Positions 49,525 to 61,182 of a stretch of DNA of 64,000 nt are shown piece after piece (positions within the stretch are counted from its first letter, which is position 1; each line of letters starts with the position of its first letter). The notes under the pieces are model-generated. The model did no database searches, was not told the origin of the DNA, and saw only the letters and a program-made list of their open reading frames with translations. The DNA comes from Azolla caroliniana (Eukaryota > Plantae > Polypodiophyta): assembly GCA_043228905.1 (NCBI GenBank), contig JBHGNT010000009.1, positions 11,842,001 through 11,906,000 on the forward strand, given 5' to 3'. Both the position numbers and the translations under genes were made by a program.

Positions 49525-50154
49525 ATGGCTTCCTCTGAGAGCGATTACTCTCAGTACTCAGACGACGACTCTGTATCTTCTTACTCGGAAGGAGAAGAGG
49601 GAGGAGGTGAAGGATTTTCTGATTCAGAGTACGGCGGTAATGGAGATGAAGAAGCCTCAGACTCAGACTCAGACTCAGATTCGGACTCAGATTCAGACTC
49701 AGAAGAATATGAAGAAGAAGACGGAGACTATGAAGATCAGTATGACGAAGAAGAAGACGATGATGATGATGAAGATGACGACATCGAGAATGAGTATGAT
49801 GATCTACAAGAAGATGAAGAAGCTGAAGACTTATATCAAGAAGTTAGAGACGAAAGAGAGCCGATTATTAGCAATCAAGCGGACGGATTACCTCTACTAG
49901 AGAGCAACAACGGGAGGACTGATCAGAAAGCCGAAGCAGATGAGATCTCTGATCTAACAGATGGACCTTTCTCTGCGGAATCCATAAACTCAGACATAGA
50001 TCCGTCCACGTCGGTGGAAGAGAACAAGAAAACCTTATCTCAGCAGGAGACTCCTCCAGAGAGTGATAGTGGGAATAACACGGCTTTGTCTCCTGCTCCT
50101 GCCACCATAATTTTGCCTTTGGAAGGGAAAATGGAGAACATGAGGATCGAATAA
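49525..50154 (+). CDS. Hypothetical 209-aa highly acidic, low-complexity protein
   Basis: Uninterrupted ORF MASSESDYSQYSDDD...MENMRIE. The ATG lies 2 nt after a polypyrimidine/CAG splice acceptor (49522); a UTR-like SSR-rich region follows. Confidence 0.55.
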   Translation: MASSESDYSQYSDDDSVSSYSEGEEGGGEGFSDSEYGGNGDEEASDSDSDSDSDSDSDSEEYEEEDGDYEDQYDEEEDDDDDEDDDIENEYDDLQEDEEAEDLYQEVRDEREPIISNQADGLPLLESNNGRTDQKAEADEISDLTDGPFSAESINSDIDPSTSVEENKKTLSQQETPPESDSGNNTALSPAPATIILPLEGKMENMRIE

Positions 50155-50520
50155 TGGAACTCATCACTGTTGCCTTCTTCTTGAGAGAGAGAGAAAGAGA
50201 GAGAGAGAGAGAAAGAGAGAGAAGATCAGATATCATCAGATCAGATTTAGTATGTGACCTTCTTCTTCTTCTTCTTCTTCATTGATACTTTGCCGCGGCC
50301 TGCAATTCTTTCATGGATAGATGATATGATTGGGAATAATTCACTCCCCTTGTTCTATGTATTTAGCTGAAGTTTAATGTAGAATAGGGAGGAGCTTATT
50401 TATTGAAGTCTGTGTGGGATACAATGTTTTGCCAAAAGAGTATTAAACATCAAGCTGAAGTTATTGTTGTTACAGGTTAAAAGAGTATTTTGATTTTGAT
50501 TTCTCTTTCCTATCAAACCC

Positions 50521-50884
50521 TTGCCTACGCATTCACTATATGAACGTGTGTTGTTTATGTAACATACTTTCAATATGGCATATATAATCCAGTTTTACAT
50601 TTTGCTTGATCTCATAATATGATTGCTTAACCAATTTGATGGTTAATAATCACATTGTCAGAATACTATAATTTTGGACATGCTTGCCTATGCATTATAT
50701 GAACGTGTGTTGTATATGTAGCATACTTGGTATATGCCATATAGTGCATTATATGAACTTGTGTTGTATATGTACCATACTTCGTATATGTCATGTAGTT
50801 TTCCCGTTTTGCTTGATCTCGTAATACCTTTGCATAATCAATTTGATTGTCAATTACATTGTCAGAATTCTATAATTTTGGACA
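50521..50884. repeat. Imperfect tandem duplication (~160-200 bp units)
   Basis: atatgaacgtgtgttg, ttttgcttgatctc and cattgtcagaat..ctataattttggaca each recur. Confidence 0.7.
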
Positions 50885-51042
50885 ATTCTTATATCGCCAA
50901 GTTGTAGGCACGAAATCTACATACATTCATATACATACACATGGATACATTCATGCTACAAAGTTTGCATGCATACATAGATATATACACATGTATACAT
51001 ACATAGACTCGGTTTAGTTAGACATTTTGATAATATGCATAT

Positions 51043-54000
51043 TGTGGTATTACCACGGATCCTAACCAAGGCCCCACCTAACCAGGGTCACATTGACCAC
51101 ACCCAAATTAGGCCCCTACCAAGCCCCCATAATTAGAAGAGCTAATTGGAGCAGGAAAACACCCACCACTCTAAGAGTAGCCTATAAGATGTACTAAGAG
51201 TAGCCTATAAGATGTAACTTAGAAACTCATGACCCCAACAACACACACCACGATGTAACTATGGTCACATCCGGCGTCACTATCGAAAGTGGCAAAATCA
51301 ACAACAGAAACAAAACGTCCAATTAGCTGACGCTGCCTCCCTCTCTAAGCTCCTGGAAAACTAATGTGCGGGGTGCCGCAAGGAGAGCCGCCCCCGCACG
51401 TCCACGCCTCCACATCATCAACTTCTCTCGTTTATACCATGATCGAGCCGCCCCCGCACGTCCACGCCTCCACGTCATCAACTTCTCCCATTTGTACCAC
51501 GATCGCCCGCCTCCAGCACATGACCCAAGAAGTTCTCCTCGACTCCGGCAACAACATCTCTTCCATCAACACGGATTTAGTCGCCCAATTGCAACTTCCC
51601 ACGAGCCTCGCACCGCCCATTAAAATCCTCTTCGGCGACCAGCAGCGGTTGTTCCACTCACATACGCAAGTCATGTGCATGCTCACCATCAATTCTGCCC
51701 GAATCCAACATCGTTTCTACGTCCTCCCGCGCCAGTGGTTCCCAATCACCTTGGGCTGCGATTGGTTCCTCCATAGTCAAGCCTATCTCGATTTCTCCTC
51801 GCAATAGCTCGTCCTCCCCAATCACCTTTTGATCGCACTCTTCACTAATCTGCGAGATACCACCTACATCAGCAACACACAATACCTGGTATCATCGACA
51901 GAGCGCATCCACCACATCCGATTGCTCCTAGCCCCCTTTCGCTCGTTGTCTACACCACCTGCAATGCCTCCCTCGGTCCGCTTTCCGATCCACCACACGA
52001 TTCCTACAGGCAACGCCCGCTCCATCAACGCAACTCCCCGACGTCGCTCCCCTCTAGACCACGAGTGCATCGACAATGCTGTCAAAACTATTCTACAACA
52101 TGGAATTATCACACCTTCCAAGAGCGAGTGGATTTCAGAGCCACACATGGTAAAAAAAGGGGATGACTCTTACTATTTTTGTGTCGACTTTTGACAACTA
52201 AACCATGTCACCATCCATGACCGATATCCTCTCTTGCGTATCGAGGACCTCCTCGACCAGCTCGGCAAATCAAAGTACTTCTCCTCCCTTGATTTGGCCT
52301 CAGGATATTCGCAGATCCCAATGAATCCTAAAGATGCCCACAAAATTGCATTCTGCATTAGGAAAGACATTTTTCAGTTCACACGGATGCCCTTCGGCCT
52401 ATCTGACGCTGAGAGCACATTCCAGCGAATGGCTAACGCCAACTTCGACGATCTCATCACCCGTCGCGTCATCATCGTTTATCTAGACGATATTCTAATA
52501 CATACAAGCACCTGGGCGGAACACCTCCAAGTCATTCAGGAGATCCTAACTTGTGTTCAATGCTATCGTTTGCCGCTGCAATGCAAGAAGTGTCGTTGGG
52601 GTAGTATGCGCCTCCGCTTCCTCAGGTACGTCATCTCCTTCGACGGAATACAGATGGACCCAAAGAAGACGGAAATAGTCCAAAAATTCCCACGCCCCAT
52701 CACAGTCAAGCAACTTCAACGCTTCCTCGACCTCCTCACGTTCTCTCTCCGCTTCATCCCACGGCTAGCCGACTTGTCAGCCCCACTACACGCACTTCTG
52801 CAAAAAGACGCACCCTTCCTATGGACCGACGCCTACAAATCCAGCTTCCTGCAGCTCAAGCGAACGCTCCAAGCCTTTGACCTCTTGGCACACCCTGATT
52901 TCACGAAGCGTTTCCATCTGCAGACGGATGCCTCCAACGTCGGCCTTGGCGCGGTCTTGCTCCAATCCGACGACAATGACCAACTACGCCCGATTGCCTA
53001 CATAAGCCGGTCACTTACCAAAGCCGAACAAAATTACTCGAGAACCAAAAAAGAGTTGCTCACCATCGTCCGGGCATTCCATCATTTCCATCCGTACCTA
53101 CACGCATCAAACACATCGGTCGAAACCGACCATCAGCCATTGCTCTCCCTCATAAAGAAGGCTCACCCACCCGGTCGCTTACTCCGTTTGGGCTTTGGCG
53201 TTGCAGGATTACACATTCACTCTGCACTATCGCCGTGGTCCCCAAAACATCGTCGCCGATGGATTATCCCGCATATCCTTTCAGGCGAACCAAATCACCT
53301 CTGGCACAATCGATTTCCCCGTATCCTCGTCCCAAATGGCCAACATACAACAACACGACAAAAAGATCCAAGACATCTGCCACTGCGTACGAGCCAAGGC
53401 CACATCATCTCTCACCAAGCCATTCATGATCCAAGATAATGTCCTGCTTTTTTGCCAAGTAGGCAAGGAACCCGGGTCTACGTACCTGAGCAATTGCGCC
53501 TGTCTTACCTTCGTTTCTTCCATGATCACCCGTGGTCCAGCCACTTCGGTTTTCACAAGGTGCTAGACAAAATTCGTTGCAAATTCTATTGGCCGAGGCT
53601 ACGCCACGAGATCGCCTCCTACATCAAAGCATGCAACTCATGTCAGGACATCAAATCACCTCAAGTGGCTCAAGGCCTCTTACATCCGATACAGGTTCAA
53701 GATCCATTTGAAATCGTTGGATGGGACATTCCGGGCCCCTTTCCCGAGTCACAAGAAGGGAACAAATTCATCCTCGTCATAACCAAGTACTTGATGCGTT
53801 GGGCTGAGATGGCCGCTATCCCAGATGCGAAGGCTACGACCATCACCACCAAACTGTTGGAGAAAATCATCTTCCCCCACGGTTGCCCACTCCAAATCTT
53901 GTTCGATAAAGGACCCCAATTCAATAGCGAGCTCCTACGTCTCGTTTCTACACAATTAGGAATCCAAAAATTATTCACGTCGCCCTACCATCCGCAGACG

Positions 54001-54835
54001 AATGGATTGACAGAGTGCCTCAACCGAACCTTAAAACAACAAATCTCGTCCTACATCGATCCGCCACACTTTACCAAGGACCGGATCTTGCCCTTCGTTA
54101 CACACGCCTACAACACAATTGTGCAAGCCTCCACCCATATTAGCCCCTTCTGGGCCTTTTACGACAAGGACCCGCGCTTACCCCTAGAAGTGGCAGTCCC
54201 GCAACCAACCATGCCACTCCATTCTAACAAAGTGTCCTGGTGGTCCCACCTGCAATAACTCCAACCCCTCCTTCGCAAAGCCATCACAAGCAACCTGCAC
54301 CAAGCACAACTATGCCAAAAACGCCAACACGACGCAGGCTGCGCCGACCATCAATACCACACCGGCAACAAAGTCCTCGTCTATTTCCCCATCCGTTGTC
54401 GCGGCCTGAGCGAGTCGCTCCTGAACCGATGGATCGGTCCCTTCAAAGTTCAAAAGCAGATATGCAACACTACATATCTGCTCCGTCGCGCCTCCAACAA
54501 CCACTCTCTACCTTCGTCCACCAGTCTCGCATGAAGCCCCTCCATTAGCTACTACCGCCCATGCCCACGCCCACGCCATCCCTTCGCCTAGAACTGTTGT
54601 CCACGCCCCGCTGAGCTCCAACTTCACAATAACTTTTTTTTACAAGGGGGAACTGTTGTATTACCACGGATCCTAACCAAGGCCCCACCTAACCAGGGTC
54701 ACATTGACCACACCCAAATTAGGCCCCTACCAAGCCCCCATAATTAGAAGAGCTAATTGGAGCGGGAAAACACCTACCACACTAAGAGTAGCCTATAAGA
54801 TGTACTAAGAGTAGCCTATAAGAGGTAACTTAGAA
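51043..54835 (+). mobile_element. Ty3/gypsy element without chromodomain, gag largely missing
   Basis: Near-identical LTR starts at 51043 and 54654, PPT AAGGGGGAAC. Motifs: PR LLDSG, RT SLDLASGY..MPFGL..YLDD, RH QTDASNVGLGAVL, IN HDHP..H/CNSC, SPYHPQTNG and GPF. Confidence 0.9.
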
Positions 54836-56594
54836 CGTAATGGAAAGGGGGCTATTTTGAGAGCATTTCACAATATATATAAGATAAGGCATTGTAATGA
54901 TAAAGATGAAGATGACGTGGGAAGGTTTATCCTCCCAACCCTATGGCATGCCTTTTATAGTAGTTGCCATGCAAAATAAGGGAAACTATGCATGTCCAAC
55001 CCGTTGCCAGCAGAACATTATGGCTGTATGTGAACACCCACCTTTAGGGATATCTTACAATACCGTCGTTGAGACGTTTGGTCATGAGTCATGACATACC
55101 ATCTTCCTTGAAGGATTTGTCATCTTCCTTGATGGCCAAGTCTAAATGCCTTTCCAAACTTACTCACATTCCTTAGTAGCCTCTACAATTGGGGGCTCGC
55201 GAGAATTGGAGGCTCTTTAAAATTGAGGGTTTGATAGAACTAGAGGCTTGTTGAAAATGAGGGCTTGTTAGATTTGGAGGTTCGTTGGAATTGAGAGCTC
55301 GATAGTTGTCGTTGCCATCACCATTTGACCTCTCTTTCTCTCTCTCTTACCACAATGGAACTTTAATGGCTAAAACGAGATTAGGGCTAATTGCACTAGA
55401 TTAACACAATCAAATCTAGATTAAAACCAAAACACAAGGTTTTTACAAGGAAAACCCCTTTCAAAAGGGGGCTCACAACTTATTTATAAATGATGGCAAT
55501 GATGGTTACAAAAATGGTGGTCAAGGGGACTAGAAGTGAAGTTATAACATATGGCTCTGATTATGCGTTCAGTGAGGATCTGATTATGCCTAGCCTATGA
55601 TCAACAACACAACCCCTTTGTTGATGTAGTGTACTCAAACCACTTTGAGCTACCTTCCTAGATTGGTACATTGTTGTGATGTGAGGGGCACAAATGAGCA
55701 AATGAGTTAGACTAAAGATATATAAAAGATTGATGGCACAAGACATAAGATAAGCTGAAGTTAAGGCATATCTCAATTAACAAGAACTTACTCTAGGAGT
55801 GAAAGATCAAGGTTTTGCGTTCTCTCTTTAGTGTGAGCCATCAAAAAGATGTCAACGAGATGAACAAGAGGGATGTGAGTGGATGGACATGGATATTGGC
55901 ATTTTGCTCACTCTAAGCGCATGGGGAAAAGGAACTCATGCACGAGGAGCTCCAAAGTCTTATAAAAGGGAGCGGAGAACTCATTGCATGTTCTAAAATT
56001 TTGGATCAAGGCAGACGCGCCTCATGAATCTTAAACAAGCCAAGATAGTGAATCAAGAAAGCTGTCAAGATCACTGATGACAAGAGGCAATGAATCCCTC
56101 TCACTAGTCTACTAATCTAGAGCTCGAGGATATCTCTATGAATCTCTACTTGCAAATCAAACATCTATGTAGCTTTTAAATTACTCCATGTAATGGAGTT
56201 CAGTCTTCATACGTTATACCTACTCATTTCATGAATTTAGTGTTAATGAGAAATTTAATATCTAAATTCAATTTTTTCCTATAAATCTTTTGCTCAAATT
56301 ATTCGGGATCAAATGAGGAACACACTAGACTTTTTGGCTTAAATTCCGAGCTCGGTACATGAAGTTTCATGATTTTAGAGCTAAATCAGTGAAAAATGAA
56401 TCTCCGAGTTATCACACCGAGAAAGTTGAGAGGCTCACCCCTCGAGGGTCCTAAGGGGATTTTTGGATCTCGATTCTAACCATTGAGAGAGAAGTTATGA
56501 GGACACATAAACAATACTTCAAATGACAAGGGTCAAACCTGCTACACTTGTCGATGACGGGGTCCCATCCACCCAAAGAGGCCCCTCCCCCCCC

Positions 56595-57282
56595 TGTAAA
56601 GATAATGTGCGGAAGCTAAGACATAATGACTAGTTTGGATAACAACATAACTCAAAATGGAGGTTTAATGGAAAACTTGAATACATGGGAGACACAGAGA
56701 GCAGAATAGCATAAACCCTTTTCAAATTAATAACACTCTATACATACAATGTGCTCTATGAGCACTTTTATACAAGTCCTTAAAAGGATTGATAGAAGTA
56801 CTGACAAGTATTTCAATGCTCATATGAGCAACTGACACTGACTCTTAAAAATATGCCTACGTACTAGGCCTCTAACGGCCTACCTATTACAATCCGATCC
56901 AGATCCGGTTCAACTTGTCTACTCAACACTCCCCGTCAAGCTCAACTTGAGGTCAGATTGTAGTGCTAGTGTTTGTGTTTGTCGGTCCTTTCCTCCGGCT
57001 TCGCCTAGCGTCCTCCCACTTGGCTCACGCTCCTCGACCTTCTCGGTCGGCTTGTTTGCTCCTTCGACCCTTATCAGCTCCCTTGCTATCACATTGTTGG
57101 TGCCCCTTGACCCATTGGCTCCTCTATCTCGGTGTCGGCTTCGGTTGCCTTTTTGTCTGCTTGGCCCATCGTAGATTCGGCTCCTCCAAGTCGAACATTT
57201 CGATTGAATCAGGTACATCTGATTCATTTCTGTTCTCGACAGAATCGGCTGTCTCCGAATCATCATCGATTCCCAGACCTTT
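56595..57282 (-). mobile_element. Copia 3' LTR and 3' region, related to the 1211-4212 family
   Basis: LTR ~56595-56928 adjoins PPT CTCCCCGTCAAGCTCAACTTGAGGTC (compare 3914-3938). ORF 56919..57266 ends SDLKLSLTGSVE, like ORF 3787..4011. Confidence 0.75.
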
Positions 57283-57742
57283 TGTCATGATAACACTCAT
57301 CATACATCATGAGATGATAATGATGTATCGAAAGGATCATGACACTCACATTATGCCTTGAAAGGATTTGAACCCACAACCTTGTTGTACACATGTCAAA
57401 TCCTTAGCCATTGTATTAATATTCTTGTATGTATAGTCTTTAGAATATGAAATCTAATATCATAGGAATATTCTATATTACTCTACATTCTAGAATGACT
57501 TAGGATATTCAAGAGTGTTCTATACACTAGAACCTTGTAGAATACTCTAGAGATCTTCTAGATATCTACATTCTAGGATAACCTAGAATATTCTAAAGTG
57601 TTCTCTATTACTTATAAATTGGGATCTACCACTCATTCCAAACCTAAATTGGTTCAACGCCATTTTGTAGTACTCTCTTGCCTACTCTTTGTAATCCATT
57701 TACTCTTCAATATAATAATTCATTTCAATTATCTCTCTATCT

Positions 57743-57789
<47 letters not shown>

Positions 57790-60700
57790 TGATAGTTTGA
57801 ACCAATTTTTCTTTCATTTCTTCGTCTTCCACAAACCCTAACAAGTTGTCTTCTTCCTCCTACTCTCCCCTTGTAAGCTATGGAGTCCGTGAGCAAACAA
57901 GAATACATGTGTGTTCTTTCTGAGCTCGACATGCTCACGAATAAATTTGTGGCATTAGAGCATGAGAATCAAAGGCTACTTGGAGACCTACAACAAGTGA
58001 GCACCGGAAAAGCTTAACAGTATGAAGAGTTATCACAGTGGGTTCATCAACTTTAGGCAATTATATTGTCATTACAAGAGCAAGTGTTGGGGGCTCAGAA
58101 CACCCCTAGAGAGCCAAAGATCAGCCTCCCCGCCAAGTTTGATGGTACGAGGTTTTTATTTCGAGGCTTTTTGAATCAAGTTCGTCTGGTTATTCAGCTA
58201 CATCCCCATCGGTATCCAACTGACGCTGCTCATGTGGGATTAGTGGGAACTTTGCTATGTGGTACGGCGTTAGCATGGTTCACACCACTTCTCGAGAAGA
58301 AATCACCATTGTTGGAGGATTTCGAGGCATTTGTTAAAGAGTTTCAAGCTAGTTTCGGAGACACTGACAACACTAGGACAACGATAAACAAGATTCGAAG
58401 GTTCCGGTAAGGAGATCGTCCCGCATTGGCTTACTTAACTGATTTCTGTCTCTTGGCATGTGATATCCATTGGGATGAGGTGGCCTTAATGGATCAATTC
58501 CGTCAAGGTTTGCGAAATGATGTCAAAGATCTTCTTCTTACTTTCCTTGAAGATCCGAAGTCGCTTACAGAAGCCATTAGTCGAGCCATGCGATGTGATA
58601 ATCGCCTATTTGAGCGACATTCTTAGCGCCGACAAATGTTACGCCGCCAACCTGAACAGACTTACGCTTTCGTAGTCGCAACGCCTCCACAAGTATCTAG
58701 ACCCATTACAAGGGATGGCCCAACTCCGATGGAAATAGAGTCAACACAACGACGTGGGCCGTTATCAGATGCTGAGAAGCAACGACGTCGAGTGCATCAC
58801 CTTAGCCTGTACTATGGCGGTCCAGGACATATAGCTATAAATTGTCCACATAAACCTAGGTGTCAAGTATACCAAGTAAGTGCACATGAAAACCCTACAT
58901 CGAGTTCTATTGTTATTACTAATAACATAAGTAAGCCTCATAGTCCATGCCATGAGAATAGATTCGATGTCTTGAGCCAATTAGACGATGTGTTAAACAA
59001 GTAAGTCCAGCGAAAATAGGAGCCATTTGGCTGAACCATCCTAGCTATGTAGAGTTAGTTCCTAGTCGTGGTTCCATTTCATCAAATCAAGTGAGTAAAG
59101 TTTTTTCAACACAAGTCGAGCTTACCACATCTACATGTCATCGAGTCCTAGCCTCTGCCCTCCTAGATTCTGGAGCCAACTTTTGTTTCATGGATCGTGA
59201 ATTTGCCTTGTCACAAAACATCCTCTTGAATAAGCTTCCCAGCCCCGTAGCCGTAGGAGTCATTGATGGACGTCCCATAGCATCAGGAGATATAGTCGAG
59301 GAGTCCAAGCCAATTAGGATAGTCCTTGGTGATTTGGCAAGCATAATCTCTTTCAACATTATTCGTAGTCCGGAACACCCAATAGTTCTAGGTGTCCCTT
59401 GGTTTGGACTCCCTAACCCGAAGATTGATTGGATGAAAAGAACAATTGAGGAGACCTGGGAAAAAAGCACAAATCCCGCATCCCTCTCTCCTACATGTGA
59501 TAATAGGTCCCCAGAGTTATCGACCATCTCTTTATGACAGTTGTGGGAGGAAGGGGGAAACGAGGCCATGTTCATCTTTGCAATAGTAGCAACTCTATCA
59601 TCAACTTCACATGAAGCGGACATTAAACTACCAAAGAAATACAAGGAGTTCTCAGAGGTCTTTGATAAGGTGAAGGCCATTACATTGCCGGAGCATCGGC
59701 CATACGACTGCCCTATTGACTTACAACTAGGGAAAGAACCTTCATGGGGCCCAATTTATAATCTCTCCCCTGTAGAGCTAGAGACTTTGCAAGAATATAT
59801 TGATGAGAATCTGGCTAACAGATTCATTCGGTATTCTAGATCCCCTGCTGCTACACATGTCTTCTTCGTTATGAAGAAGAATGGGACTCTTCGGTTGGTA
59901 ATGGATTATCGAGGGCTAAACAAAGTGACTATTTGGAATAGATATGCTCTACCGTTAATCCCGAATCTTTTGGAACGTCTCAGTGGTGCAAAATATTTCA
60001 CAAAGTTGGACCTTCGTGGAGCATATAATCTAGTTCGGATTCGCCTGGGGGATGAATGGAAGACAAATTTTCGCACTTGCTATGAACATTTTGAGTATAC
60101 TGTGATGCCATTCGGTCTCACAAATGAACCTGTTGTTTTCCAACATATGGCGAACGATATTTTTCGAGATTTTCTTGATATCTTCACTATAGTTTACCTA
60201 GATGATATTTTAATCTACTCGAAGACCCAAGAGGAGCATGACGAACATGTTCGTCAGGTACTACGTCGACTCCGAGAATATGGTCTCTATGCAAAATTAG
60301 AAAAGTGTAGTTTCGGCCAAAATCAAGTGGAATTTTTGGGGTATGTTGTATCATAAGATGGTATTGCTATAGACCCCATGAAGCTACAAGCAATTTTAGA
60401 GTGGCAAACTCCCCCTTTAGTGCGTGATGTGCAATGTTTTCTCAGGTTTGCAAATTTTTATTGAAAATTTATTAAAGATTATTCCAAGGTGGTGCTTCCG
60501 CTTACTCAACTCACACATAAAAATCAGCCATTTATATGGAGTTCAGATGCAGTTGAGACATTCGAAAGCTTAAAATGAGCATTTACAACGGCACCTATCT
60601 TAGCACATGTCGACCCAACAAAATGCTTCATCGTCGAAGCCGATGCATCCGATTTTGCACTAGGGAGTGTCCTCTCGCAGACTGGAGATGATGGACAACT

Positions 60701-60847
60701 ACGCCATGTCACCTTTCATTCACGAAAGTTTGAAGCTGTAGAGATCAACTACGAGATCCATGACAAAGAGCTTCTTGCAATTGTGGATTCGTTTCAACAA
60801 TGGCAACATTTTCTAGAAGGTTCTTCTTAGTAGATCATTGTCTACAA
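57283..60847 (+). mobile_element. Tcn1-like chromovirus: 5' LTR, gag, PR, RT and RH (interrupted by a copia)
   Basis: LTR 57283-57794; gag from 57880 (PKISLPAKFDG, PTPMEI, knuckle); PR LLDSGA, RT YLDD and RH EADASDFA. Confidence 0.92.
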
Positions 60848-61118
60848 TGTGACAAGAATACACGCTCCCGATGAACAACACTCGGCCACAACCGAGCCTA
60901 GAATCAAACACAGTAAACGGGTAATGAACGCACGACACAGTGAAGAGAATAGAACACAGGATGTTAACGTGGAAAACCCAAACTAGGGAAAAACCACGAC
61001 AGCCCACAAACTGCAAACTATCACTATATCAGAATATACAATAGTGAAGCACTGAGGCAACGACCTCGAGCTTGCTATCTTTGCCACAAGCGGCCGTTAC
61101 AACAGAGGCACCGACCTC

Positions 61119-61182
<64 letters not shown>

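Noticed and set aside
54836-56594. Specific element call for this region
   Set aside because: It has LTR-like hints (TATA at ~55962, GGAAAACCC, a partial PBS-like GCTCTGAT) but no paired ends, TSD or coding motif that I can support.
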